A DNA stretch of 64,000 nt from a virus. The stretch is taken from the IMG/VR virus record IMGVR_UViG_3300027749_000046, one strand, 5' to 3'. Position numbers and translations under genes: made by a program. Below, piece after piece: positions 45,735 through 55,306 of the stretch (its first letter is position 1; every line of letters starts with the position of its first letter). The notes under the pieces were generated by a model, which ran no database searches, was not told where the DNA came from, and saw nothing but the letters and a program-made list of their open reading frames with translations.

Positions 45735-48283
45735 TATGCATAATACCTGGTACTAGATGATGATCCATTGGCTATTGTTATAGTAGATAAATTTATCATA
45801 GAAGGCTGATTTATCAATGACTTTTTTGAAACCTGAGAGAAGTACTTTGTGCCAGCCACATGAAGAACTTGCTTTAGCATCTCCACGTACTTATCTAGAT
45901 TAATCGGAGTCTTTATAACATATGAGAAGTCTTGATAGTAGTTTCCATCATATAGGTATTTATTGTCACTCAAGAAACCGCCGTTTGTTCTATTATAACC
46001 AGAACCGGTTCCCTGCTTGTTAGCATAACCCTCTGCAATTCCAGATCTTAATCCATCTAGGGAAGTAAATGTAACGTTCTCACCATTTATGTATCCGAAT
46101 CCAGAGTCGACCACTTCAAGTTCATTTACTGCGCCGTTTGCGTTGCTGACGGATGTTCCTATCACGTCGTTTAAGCCTGCAAATGGGCTGTCTTGATAGT
46201 TCCATAGAGCAAGATCGGCAGTAAATCCAGAGTCTTGACCGACTATCTTGTGACTGGTATCAGTAAATCCATAGACAAAACGATCCTCGAAAGTTATTCT
46301 CCTGATATAGGCATTAGTTGAGTTTGCAAACTTGACTATGCCCTGACCGCCGCCGTTGCTCTGCTTTATGATCTCACCGGTATAGAACGTACCAGTTGCA
46401 TTGCTTAGAGTAAAGAAGAAATCTTTCTTCTGCAGGGGAGCTACCAACGGCTCGTATATCGACACGAATGGGGCATATGTGTATAGAGATCCTGGATTAA
46501 TACCAGTGAGAGATGCTACAGTTCCTAGACTATAGTGAGTAAAGTTGAGAGCCGAAGATAGAAGAAAACTTGCATTCGCATGATGAAGTGCGGCGCCGTA
46601 GTCGGATGCATTGAGAGCTACATTTCGGTATGGGTATATGTAGTCTGTTATAATAACATCTTCTTGATTTGTCAAGCTGCCTATCTGAAAAGTAGCTCCA
46701 GAACCAGATGGTATGCTACTTACAGTTCCATTTATATTACTTATAGGATCATACACGTAATTTCCAGCAAGATCATAGAAAGTATTATTTGTCGTTATAA
46801 TACCTATGTCAAACGCAATGGTATTTACAGAAGCAGTGATGACCGGACCATTCGCAGATGTATACTGATCGCTGTATATATTATTTCCGCTGACAAATAT
46901 ACCATTTGTATTATTAAGAAATAAAGTACCTGACAATCCGGAAACCGTGGTGCTCCTTACAACGCCGTTCGCCGTTTGATTACCCAAGCTATCTAATTGA
47001 AAAATATTAGATCCAACAGCAAAGTTACCGTACACCGCATTTGCATAATTTATAGAAGTATTCGTAGATAGTCCTATGACTTGTCCCTGCGCGGTCAGGT
47101 CTATAAATCCAGAGTTAACAAGATTTGCAGTCACCACATTTCCGGCATTATAAAATACCACGTTTGACTGGAGATTGCCGCTAGTCGTAGATACAAGAAG
47201 ATAACCAGAAATATTATTAGAAGTAGTTATGCTCAGTATATTTCCCTTGCCGGTAACAGAGCCGTTTGCGGCGTATGTAATGAGGTTATCGCCTACCACA
47301 AATTTTGCATTTGCAGTAGATCCATTACTGTACTTTAAGTAGTTGTACTGAACGTTTGCAATAGGCTGAACTACCGTCTCAATACTATTTAAGAAGCTGC
47401 TGTTTACCGCGTACGTAGTTGTATTTGCAAGTCTCAGTACTTTATCGGAAATAAGCACCTGTGCATCAGAAGCGTATCCCCAGCCGCCGTCTATCAGATT
47501 AAAGTTAACCTGACCATTGAGTATGGTGAGACTCTTTACGCGAGCCTTGCCCTGTTGGCCGCCGGCCTCGCTGAGATTTACTATATCTCCAATCTTAAAG
47601 TCTTTACCTCTGTCAGATGTGACTCCGAGGGCAGTAAGAGACCCTGTTACGATTGGATTATTATTGATAACTGTATTGCTATTATAGAGAGATATAGTCT
47701 CGCCTGTTATGAAGTCTTTAGTTAGACCCGATATGTAGAATATATCGATGTACTTTCCCTTGATTCTTCTGGTAACTACGTACTCGACGAACGCAAGAGC
47801 ACCAGATGTAAGTCCCTGGATCTCTTGGTTAACAAAAAGCTTGTTTTCTTGACTTGGAGTTACCTCTAGATAAGTCGGAATAAACCACGCTGCATCTGAA
47901 GTTCTAAAGACATCATTTCCCGGATAATAGGTCTCTACGTCTTGACCATATACCAGCTTGAAGAAAAGATTAATGGCTCTCTCTGTGCCCTTAGATCTAT
48001 AGAGATCTAGACTGTGCTTTACTAGAAGCTTCGTGTCTGTTGCAGTATCAAACTGGATGTTCTTTAGATACTTCTCTTTGAAGTGAACTAAGAAAGTATC
48101 TACAGTAGTGTCTATATCGCCGTAGTCAAGAATTCTTCTTGCATGATATGTTGCGTTTCCTGGCGACTCAAGCCACTCGTAGTAGGCCTTTATGAATCTT
48201 ATAAAATCAGGTCCATATATCCTGTATATATCAGGAAATTGACTTGGTATGAACGAAGATATCTTCTTGTTTATAACAGACAT
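45734..48283 (-). CDS. gp7: Baseplate wedge initiator (gp7-like)
   Basis: QFPDIYR...FIRFIKAYYEWLE, LYRSKGTERA, YYQDFSYVIK...LHVAGTKYF; between gp6 and gp8. Confidence 0.75.
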   Translation of the reverse strand: MSVINKKISSFIPSQFPDIYRIYGPDFIRFIKAYYEWLESPGNATYHARRILDYGDIDTTVDTFLVHFKEKYLKNIQFDTATDTKLLVKHSLDLYRSKGTERAINLFFKLVYGQDVETYYPGNDVFRTSDAAWFIPTYLEVTPSQENKLFVNQEIQGLTSGALAFVEYVVTRRIKGKYIDIFYISGLTKDFITGETISLYNSNTVINNNPIVTGSLTALGVTSDRGKDFKIGDIVNLSEAGGQQGKARVKSLTILNGQVNFNLIDGGWGYASDAQVLISDKVLRLANTTTYAVNSSFLNSIETVVQPIANVQYNYLKYSNGSTANAKFVVGDNLITYAANGSVTGKGNILSITTSNNISGYLLVSTTSGNLQSNVVFYNAGNVVTANLVNSGFIDLTAQGQVIGLSTNTSINYANAVYGNFAVGSNIFQLDSLGNQTANGVVRSTTVSGLSGTLFLNNTNGIFVSGNNIYSDQYTSANGPVITASVNTIAFDIGIITTNNTFYDLAGNYVYDPISNINGTVSSIPSGSGATFQIGSLTNQEDVIITDYIYPYRNVALNASDYGAALHHANASFLLSSALNFTHYSLGTVASLTGINPGSLYTYAPFVSIYEPLVAPLQKKDFFFTLSNATGTFYTGEIIKQSNGGGQGIVKFANSTNAYIRRITFEDRFVYGFTDTSHKIVGQDSGFTADLALWNYQDSPFAGLNDVIGTSVSNANGAVNELEVVDSGFGYINGENVTFTSLDGLRSGIAEGYANKQGTGSGYNRTNGGFLSDNKYLYDGNYYQDFSYVIKTPINLDKYVEMLKQVLHVAGTKYFSQVSKKSLINQPSMINLSTITIANGSSSSTRYYA

Positions 48284-48286
48284 CTA

Positions 48287-50116
48287 TTATTCTCTTATCG
48301 CCTGGATAACCAGGTTAATTTCATTTGCTTCTAGATTCAATATGTCGTTCTGACCTGCGTATATGTCTTTCTCTGCCGATATGGCGTATATCTTAAGTTC
48401 TGGACCAGAGTAAAGATCTATATTAAAGTTCACGAGATTCACTATGCCCTTAGCGTAGTCCACCGTTCCAATTGTCTTTATGGTCTCGTGGTTTAACCCA
48501 TTTGACTTTACTATCCTCACGTTACCATCCGCGTCGTCCTCGAGATAAGCAGACTGTCCTTGGTACGTGAACTCGGTAGAGTATATGGTGTGGAGATCTG
48601 TTATAGGATGCACTGCACCTATTGGAAATAGAGTATCAAGAAGAGGCACGTTGAAGTTGACTGTTATATTCTGTGCGACACCAAATTTAGGATATATCTT
48701 CTTGTACATGTAGATCTCTGTCTCGTTGCCAACTACGCTGACGTCGGAAGAGTCTATGGTCTTTGCGAGCTGGCTGTATCTCAAGACAGAATTAAACTTA
48801 TTGAGATTGTTGTTATTATATGAGATGATGGAATTCTTTACTAGAGTTGCTATCTCAGACGGTGTATTCTTTGTCAGGTTAACGTTATATCTGACTACTG
48901 AGTTTATACTATAGTAGATATGAGAAGGAGATATGAATATAGGCTGCGTCGTGAGAGGCATCCTAGGCTTTAGGAAGTCGTAGTAAGCCTGTTTCTTTGA
49001 GTCTGGAAATCCCTGTACATTGGATATATCCACGGACACAATTACCTTGCCGTATCTCGGCGGTGAGAGTGTCTCTCCCCCGTATATAGCAACCACGTTG
49101 ATCTCTGGGAATTGGCTCTTCAGTAGAGTCTCATAGTCTGCAGTGGAGACGGCGCGCTCTTGAGTCTGAAAATACCTAGGCGCATTGAATTTTACTGAGC
49201 TCACTGATTCTTTCTCAGTTCCGCCCTGCGCCGCGTTATTGGTAACAACTGTCATCTGACTGTAGAGAGTGCTATCGGTTATGTCCTGATTTATAGTAAA
49301 TCCCTTGGCACCGTTTGTCTCCATGCCGCTTGATATTCTATACTGCACGAGTATGGTGGCACCATCCTGTGGTCTGCGACCAATGACTCCATCGCCGAAC
49401 ACGATCTCGAACATACCTGTCTCTGCGCCCTGAACGAAGTATGCCTTGGAAGCCGCGTTGAGATCTAGAAGAGTTGACTTCTTTAGATATGGAATATAGT
49501 TAATACCGTTGTCCTCGACGGATGTTACAGTTATCGTTGAAGTGTCTACCATGCTGTTTGTCATGATAAATCTCTGATTGAGATCAGAATAGTTCATGAC
49601 AAATGTGTCTGATACGTAGGCACCCTCGTATATATCCAGCGGCCCTATAGACCAGTTAGTTATGATATTGCTGCTAGAGTCAATATACGTATTTGTAGAG
49701 TGATAGACCTGAGTTGAGTCGGTATAGAAATTATACGAATTGAGGCCAACGCGAGCCGTGAAGCTAGTTCCCTTAGGTATAATTATGGTGCCGCTGTTGT
49801 TCTTTGTCTGGAAGCTCAGGCCTACAGTGGCTTTAGCAGACCCCGCAGATCTCGGAAGATAGTTGAGCTCTTTTGCGTGTGAGAATACGCTGGTCTCTAG
49901 CTGAGCAGTGTCTAAGAAAGCCTCGGATGCTACCATGTTGAGATAGAAAGAGTTCAAGTAGGTGTTGTAGGACAGTATGTCCAGCAGCACATTGAAGTTA
50001 GAGCCCGTGAAGTCGTAGTCCTTGAAGCGATCTTGCGAGGATAAGTAATTTACCATCGACGCCTTGAGGGTGTCGAAGTCCAACGAGGTGAGGTCTATAG
50101 TAGAATTTGCTGCCAT
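48287..50116 (-). CDS. gp6: Baseplate wedge subunit (gp6)
   Basis: LDFDTLKAS...FKDYDFTGS...LLDILSYNTY; FGDGVIG; QERAVSTADYE; PPRYGKV. Confidence 0.95.
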   Translation of the reverse strand: MAANSTIDLTSLDFDTLKASMVNYLSSQDRFKDYDFTGSNFNVLLDILSYNTYLNSFYLNMVASEAFLDTAQLETSVFSHAKELNYLPRSAGSAKATVGLSFQTKNNSGTIIIPKGTSFTARVGLNSYNFYTDSTQVYHSTNTYIDSSSNIITNWSIGPLDIYEGAYVSDTFVMNYSDLNQRFIMTNSMVDTSTITVTSVEDNGINYIPYLKKSTLLDLNAASKAYFVQGAETGMFEIVFGDGVIGRRPQDGATILVQYRISSGMETNGAKGFTINQDITDSTLYSQMTVVTNNAAQGGTEKESVSSVKFNAPRYFQTQERAVSTADYETLLKSQFPEINVVAIYGGETLSPPRYGKVIVSVDISNVQGFPDSKKQAYYDFLKPRMPLTTQPIFISPSHIYYSINSVVRYNVNLTKNTPSEIATLVKNSIISYNNNNLNKFNSVLRYSQLAKTIDSSDVSVVGNETEIYMYKKIYPKFGVAQNITVNFNVPLLDTLFPIGAVHPITDLHTIYSTEFTYQGQSAYLEDDADGNVRIVKSNGLNHETIKTIGTVDYAKGIVNLVNFNIDLYSGPELKIYAISAEKDIYAGQNDILNLEANEINLVIQAIRE

Positions 50117-50118
50117 CT

Positions 50119-50541
50119 TTATCTAACTTTGCTGAGTGATATATCTAGCTGAGCTGTGCGCTGGCTATTTATTATTGAGAAGAGTATGTTTACATAGTAA
50201 GTTTGATCTGCTTCGCTTGGATTAACATAAAGATTAAGCAAATTTGCTCTAGGCTCATAGTTCTTTATGGTATTAGTTATCTCTGTGTGAAGCGCAAACG
50301 AAGTGAGTTCATCGAGCGGCTCGAACAGCAGCTTGTATATGCCGGAGCCTATGTTTGAGTCAAATAGTCTCTCACCTGGAGCAGTCAATATCAAGTTTCT
50401 TATGGACTGCTTTATCGCCTCCTCATTGAGCAGACGAGACAAATTACCAGTAACCGGAGAGATATCCAGATTTATAGGAATATCACTGAAGAGCTCTTGT
50501 ACATTATTGAGTGGAGTAAGCTTATCTGCTCTTGTTGACAT
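50119..50541 (-). CDS. gp25: Baseplate wedge subunit (gp25)
   Basis: AIKQSIRNLILTAPGERLFDSNIGS...LLFE...IKNYEPR. Confidence 0.95.
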   Translation of the reverse strand: MSTRADKLTPLNNVQELFSDIPINLDISPVTGNLSRLLNEEAIKQSIRNLILTAPGERLFDSNIGSGIYKLLFEPLDELTSFALHTEITNTIKNYEPRANLLNLYVNPSEADQTYYVNILFSIINSQRTAQLDISLSKVR

Positions 50542-50544
50542 CTC

Positions 50545-50850
50545 TTATCCTGAGTATATGTTTAGCGAACCAGATGATATAGTCTCACCGTTGTAGCTGT
50601 CATTTAGTCTGCCTATACCTAGGCTGTTGACGAATACAGTAGACGAGTTAGTAGAAAGATATACGATGTGAGGAACGCAGCTATCTCCTGATGGTACATT
50701 ATGTACTGCGGACGCATCACCATTTCTCACTGCGCCCTTTCCATTGAAGAATACATTTGTAGAACACTGGTCAGTAACTGTGGTGGCGTCACAGCCATGA
50801 TTAGTATTTATACTGTCTGTCCCACTTCCTCTGGCTATCGGCTGACCCAT
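50545..50850 (-). CDS. PAAR-type spike tip protein (gp5.4-like)
   Basis: PIARG, HGC, NVFFNGKGAVRNGD..H, STVFVNS.GIGRLND; follows the gp5 C-terminal gene. Confidence 0.85.
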   Translation of the reverse strand: MGQPIARGSGTDSINTNHGCDATTVTDQCSTNVFFNGKGAVRNGDASAVHNVPSGDSCVPHIVYLSTNSSTVFVNSLGIGRLNDSYNGETISSGSLNIYSG

Positions 50851-50859
50851 ATTACTTCC

Positions 50860-51579
50860 TCACGGGTTAAAATCAATTCTAGTAGCAACTGCCTTTATAC
50901 TACCGTCTGTCATAGTTATTGTAGAAGATCCTATGTTGAGTACTATGTTGTCTTTGGTCATTGTGAGAGTAGATCCACCGACCTTCAGAGTTATCTTGGT
51001 CTCACTCTCAAGGAGCATATCGCTCTTGCTGTGAGTAGTCATAGTCTTGCCTATACTCTCAGAGACATAGCCCTTGACCTGCGTCTCTATGTCTCCGCCT
51101 ATCTTGTTGTTATTATCGGTCTTTACGTCTACGTTTAAGTTACCCTTCACGCGAGACATCTGGTTACCTCTCACCGTAGAGAATACCTGACCGTCTACAA
51201 AGCTCACCGAGTTCTTATGAATAGAAGTAATATGATCGCCGCCGACAGATCTCGTAACGTCACCGACTATCTCCTCGTGGACGTCACCTCCAACCAACTC
51301 GCGGTAGTTGCCGCTGATCTTAGTATCGCTGTTGTTGTCAACCGTGGTGGTCATGCCGCCTTTGACATACTTCATGTCGTTGCCGGTTACGAGCTCGGCT
51401 TTTCTTCCATCGGGAGATATCTCATAGTAACTTCCGGTCCTATGGGCTATTCTTATTCTCTCACTTCCGGGAGTATTATCGAACTCAAGTTCGTGTCCAC
51501 CCTCATACAGTACTTTATTGTTGTATGGGTACTGGGCGTTGTACTTTGTCTTAGGATGACGTGTATCTGGAGCTGCCAT
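50860..51579 (-). CDS. gp5: gp5 C-terminal beta-helix needle as a stand-alone gene
   Basis: YPYN...GHELEFDNTPGSERIRIAHRTGSYYEISPDG followed by VxGD/N octapeptide repeats. Confidence 0.85.
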   Translation of the reverse strand: MAAPDTRHPKTKYNAQYPYNNKVLYEGGHELEFDNTPGSERIRIAHRTGSYYEISPDGRKAELVTGNDMKYVKGGMTTTVDNNSDTKISGNYRELVGGDVHEEIVGDVTRSVGGDHITSIHKNSVSFVDGQVFSTVRGNQMSRVKGNLNVDVKTDNNNKIGGDIETQVKGYVSESIGKTMTTHSKSDMLLESETKITLKVGGSTLTMTKDNIVLNIGSSTITMTDGSIKAVATRIDFNP

Positions 51580-52793
51580 TATCTATTCTTTCTCGGTATA
51601 TTAGTGGAGAAATTTGTATTTCCAACTTCAACGGATGTAACTACGGCCGAGTTAGTAATTCCATTAGATGTTACTTGTATCTTCTGCTGATTTGTAATAT
51701 TCGGGTTCATCAGATTCAACTGATTATTTCTAGGTATATTGAGAGGTCTGTCAGTTATAGAGAGAATATGAATATTACTCGATGCAGTATTGATGAACAC
51801 GGCGTTAACTGATACGTCAGAGAGCAGTATTCCTCCCTGCCCGCCGACATTTCCACCGAGTCCACCAGGCCCGCCGTTGCTACCCAGTGGAAGCGATGGA
51901 GGTAGAGGAGGATACAGCGGGGGAGTTGAAGGAGTTGCAGGAGGGTTGGCTGGAACTGCAGGCTGCAGAACATATCCAGCGCAGCTTAGTGCCCTAGACA
52001 AAGCAGAGAATGCGTTCAGCAGTCCGAGGGCATCAGCAATGGCCGCAAATAGAGACTCGATCATGTCTAGTATCTTACTCATGAAGTCAAAGCTACCAAT
52101 ACCGCGCTTACCAATCGTCGTGGGTAAGTTAAGATCTTTAAAGAGCTCGTCGATGAGTGTCTTAAGAAGACCGCATATGTTGAGGTTACCTAGTATCTCG
52201 TCTATAAGCTTGCTCATGCATATAGAGCTGAGACTTGGTACCACACCACCGCTCAACTCAGCTGCTGCAGCGTTCGCGAGAGAACTTATAGCTTTAAATG
52301 GATCTAGAACTCCATTTAGTAGATTGGTTAGAGACTGGCCGGCTAGAGCGGCGAGACCCGCTAGGTTACCTAGGCCGCCTGATGCAGAGCCGATAGGGCC
52401 GCATGGATTAGAGCAGAAAGTATTAATCAACGCGTTGTAAAGAGATGAAGTAAGAATGCTCTCGAACTCCTTGAGAGCATTCTCAACGCCGCTCAAGAGA
52501 GATCCGAGGATATCGCCTATGTTGAATCCATTTGCTAGAGAGCTTATAGCCTGCATGAGATTCTGTATGGCGTGCATTGCATTCAGGGCCGCGCGAATGA
52601 CACCGCTGAGATTACAGGCGTCGAGACTGATTAGAGTATCTAGAAGCTTCTTGCCGTCAAATGGAACTGCTCCTATAGTCGCCATAGTTCCAGATAGTAG
52701 ATTCTGAGCTCCATGCTCGATGATGCTTATCCCGTTTAATATAGGGTTAACATCTTTTCCGCCCATCAGCGGTAGATCATTCTGCGCTACCAT
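51579..52793 (-). CDS. Hypothetical Leu/Gly/Cys-rich protein in the gp5 middle-domain position
   Basis: 404 aa between the gp5-N and gp5-C genes; hydrophobic helices and a Pro-rich linker; no lysozyme motif recognised. Confidence 0.7.
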   Translation of the reverse strand: MVAQNDLPLMGGKDVNPILNGISIIEHGAQNLLSGTMATIGAVPFDGKKLLDTLISLDACNLSGVIRAALNAMHAIQNLMQAISSLANGFNIGDILGSLLSGVENALKEFESILTSSLYNALINTFCSNPCGPIGSASGGLGNLAGLAALAGQSLTNLLNGVLDPFKAISSLANAAAAELSGGVVPSLSSICMSKLIDEILGNLNICGLLKTLIDELFKDLNLPTTIGKRGIGSFDFMSKILDMIESLFAAIADALGLLNAFSALSRALSCAGYVLQPAVPANPPATPSTPPLYPPLPPSLPLGSNGGPGGLGGNVGGQGGILLSDVSVNAVFINTASSNIHILSITDRPLNIPRNNQLNLMNPNITNQQKIQVTSNGITNSAVVTSVEVGNTNFSTNIPRKNR

Positions 52794-52802
52794 GTATTAA
52801 CC

Positions 52803-53156
52803 TCAGGCTTTTATCTGGCCGCCGGTGGCGCCAGAAGTTGCATCTTTGGAAGTATTTGACTTATATATCGTGCCGAATACAACTGGTATCTGCTTGTCTT
52901 TATCCATCCAGAATCCAACTACAGTGGCTCCCTCTGTGACGAATGTAGGAGAAGTACCAATGTTATTATGACTCGAGCTCGTGATAGGAAGCACTGGGTA
53001 GGCCCACGGCAGATCTGTATCCGGTAAGTTTGTCTCGTCGTCGTGATAGCCGTAGATTCTAATCTTCAGCTTACCAGATTGAGTATCATCATTTTTTCTA
53101 TCTACTACTTTTGCCAAGAACCAATCGAATGTGGTCCCCATGTGTCTCTCTGTCAT
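52803..53156 (-). CDS. gp5: gp5 N-terminal OB-fold domain as a stand-alone gene
   Basis: WFLAKVVDR...GKLKIRIYGYH...LPDTDLPWA...GATVVGFWMD...PVVFGTI. Confidence 0.85.
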   Translation of the reverse strand: MTERHMGTTFDWFLAKVVDRKNDDTQSGKLKIRIYGYHDDETNLPDTDLPWAYPVLPITSSSHNNIGTSPTFVTEGATVVGFWMDKDKQIPVVFGTIYKSNTSKDATSGATGGQIKA

Positions 53157-54382
53157 TGTGCATCCTCTTTATAAGATCCCTTGATTCCCTCTATTGCGCA
53201 CGTGTATCTTGGCTTTGATCTAGGAGGTCCAATCATATGCCTAACTGCGGATATCAAGTACTTTCCCGATATGAACTTCTCTTCTGAGCTCGCGCCCGTA
53301 GAGAAGCCGGGATTAGTTATATTAGACTGGAATCCCATTCCAGCAGTGAGCTCTGAGTCTCCAATAACGTGAATCATGAGACTTCCCTGAGCTACTTGAG
53401 ATAAGAAAGCTCTCTGATTAGCCATCGTATCAGGTAAGAAAGTATCTGGCTTATGACTGTCTATTGGTATAGTGCTGTATACCGCAAAGCTATCGCTATT
53501 ATCATCAAAGAACTTTTGATTATTAGTCGACTTCATAGCGCCTTCTGCGGAGCTCATTCCAGCCAGCTTACCACCGCCGTACGGCTGGGTGTCTGTCTTT
53601 TCATAGCTCGTGTTGGCTATATTGAACTTTCTCGTTTGAACTTTTGGCTTGAGCAGCGTAGTATCGTACTGCTGTGGCTGATTGTAGCCTATTATATTTC
53701 TAAATGAGGGCTTGAAGAAGTCACCTCTTACCGTGATGTCGTTGGTGAATACCCTATCGCCGACGTCAATTTCCTTGAATAACTTCTCTAGGGACTTATA
53801 GTGATAGCCCTTTTGATTCTCAAACAAAAGGAAAGCCGATGACTTATCTTCAGAAGATATACTTCTCTTTCTCATCATATTTATGGCGTCAAAAGGTCTC
53901 AGACTCTGTATCAACAGCGGCTGCACTCCCTTGGTCTCCTGCACGTCGATGCTCTTCTGAGTCTTAAGCTGATTTGTGAGTACGTCCTTGACCATGTTTG
54001 ATATATTCGTGTTGTACGACTTCGTCATGTGCGTGAACTTATTCTTCTGAACTTCTTTAGAAGCGCACACGAGGGTATAAGATCTCGATTGGAGGGTTAC
54101 TTCTGAAACGCTGTTCTTCATTGATATGAGAGCAAACTCGTATTTTGCAGAGCTCTTTCCAGGCGTCTTAAATTCTAAGGTTACCGTCTCACCGCCGACG
54201 AGAGGCAGAATACTCGCCATGTTGCTGTTGTCTCTTATAGAGATCTCGGCGTATATTCCAGGAAAGAATATTGACTCGTACACAGACATAAACAACAGGA
54301 GCTCAGTTGCATTGACAGTCCCATTTTTGGACTTAAGACTGATGGTGTCTATCTCCACTTCACCTTCTACGGCTGGCATCAT
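53153..54382 (-). CDS. Baseplate hub protein (gp27-like position)
   Basis: YESIF...LPLVGGE, FENQKGYHYKSLE.L, SGKYLISAVRH; between gp53 and gp5. Confidence 0.65.
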   Translation of the reverse strand: MMPAVEGEVEIDTISLKSKNGTVNATELLLFMSVYESIFFPGIYAEISIRDNSNMASILPLVGGETVTLEFKTPGKSSAKYEFALISMKNSVSEVTLQSRSYTLVCASKEVQKNKFTHMTKSYNTNISNMVKDVLTNQLKTQKSIDVQETKGVQPLLIQSLRPFDAINMMRKRSISSEDKSSAFLLFENQKGYHYKSLEKLFKEIDVGDRVFTNDITVRGDFFKPSFRNIIGYNQPQQYDTTLLKPKVQTRKFNIANTSYEKTDTQPYGGGKLAGMSSAEGAMKSTNNQKFFDDNSDSFAVYSTIPIDSHKPDTFLPDTMANQRAFLSQVAQGSLMIHVIGDSELTAGMGFQSNITNPGFSTGASSEEKFISGKYLISAVRHMIGPPRSKPRYTCAIEGIKGSYKEDAQ

Positions 54383-54383
54383 A

Positions 54384-55295
54384 TCAAGAGAGCTCCGCTT
54401 TTAAGTTCTTTGTTACACTATTATATAGACTCTTGTCTAGGACTTTAACTGTATTCTTATCGCTGTTCTTTTCTGTCTCATAGTCATACGCGTATACCGG
54501 CGCCCAGTATGTGTACTCTCCCTGATTTATACTCCATATCGGCGTGGTATTTGCTACTGTTATACTCTGGGTGTAGCCAGAAGACAACCCATTTATATTC
54601 ATGCCGGTCGTTATAGAAGCAGTAGACAAGTTGTTCTTGAGAGTTACCACCGTGCTGTTCGAGTAGACTACCTCTCCAGTTCCAATTAAATTTACGTTAG
54701 AAGAATCATACACCTTGGCTAACTCGCCTGCGGTATAAGAAGTACCGGTGTTCGACGCGTTCACGCCATATGTAACTACGTAGTTTGTAGTTGAAATGAG
54801 CTCTTCTGGCTTTCTCTCGTAGTATATTATTTTCTCAAAGTTATCAAAAACTGGTCTCCAGTACTTCTTTAGATCTACCGGAATGACAGTACCGTTCATC
54901 ACGACACCTACGTCGAGAAGATCATAGGCAGCTTTATCTATTCTTCTCTCGTCCTCGTACCAGTTAGATCTGAAGAAAAGTATCTTCTGCTGTGATATCT
55001 CTATGCTTCCATACTTGTCTATTAGATAAGAGTTTAATGTATCTTGACTCAGCTTCCAGTCGTAGTAGGGATCTACGACTCCATTTGACATGTATATAAT
55101 CCAAGATGCATAAGCGTCTTGATAGTACTTCTCGGCTATATAGTCTGGTCTCTGATCATTAATTATAGTATAGTCATAGTAGGTATATGGACTGTACTTT
55201 GCCGTCTGAGATATCACGACTCTGCTCAGCAGATTGCGAACTGTATTATTTGCGTATGTTATCTTCTGAAACTTATCGAAGTACTTCTCAGACAT
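54384..55295 (-). CDS. gp53: Baseplate wedge protein (gp53)
   Basis: YFDKF..ITY, RPDYIAEKYY....WII..N.VVDPYYDW, YLIDKYGS, YDYETEKN. Confidence 0.9.
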   Translation of the reverse strand: MSEKYFDKFQKITYANNTVRNLLSRVVISQTAKYSPYTYYDYTIINDQRPDYIAEKYYQDAYASWIIYMSNGVVDPYYDWKLSQDTLNSYLIDKYGSIEISQQKILFFRSNWYEDERRIDKAAYDLLDVGVVMNGTVIPVDLKKYWRPVFDNFEKIIYYERKPEELISTTNYVVTYGVNASNTGTSYTAGELAKVYDSSNVNLIGTGEVVYSNSTVVTLKNNLSTASITTGMNINGLSSGYTQSITVANTTPIWSINQGEYTYWAPVYAYDYETEKNSDKNTVKVLDKSLYNSVTKNLKAELS

Positions 55296-55306
55296 TAATA
55301 TCTTCC

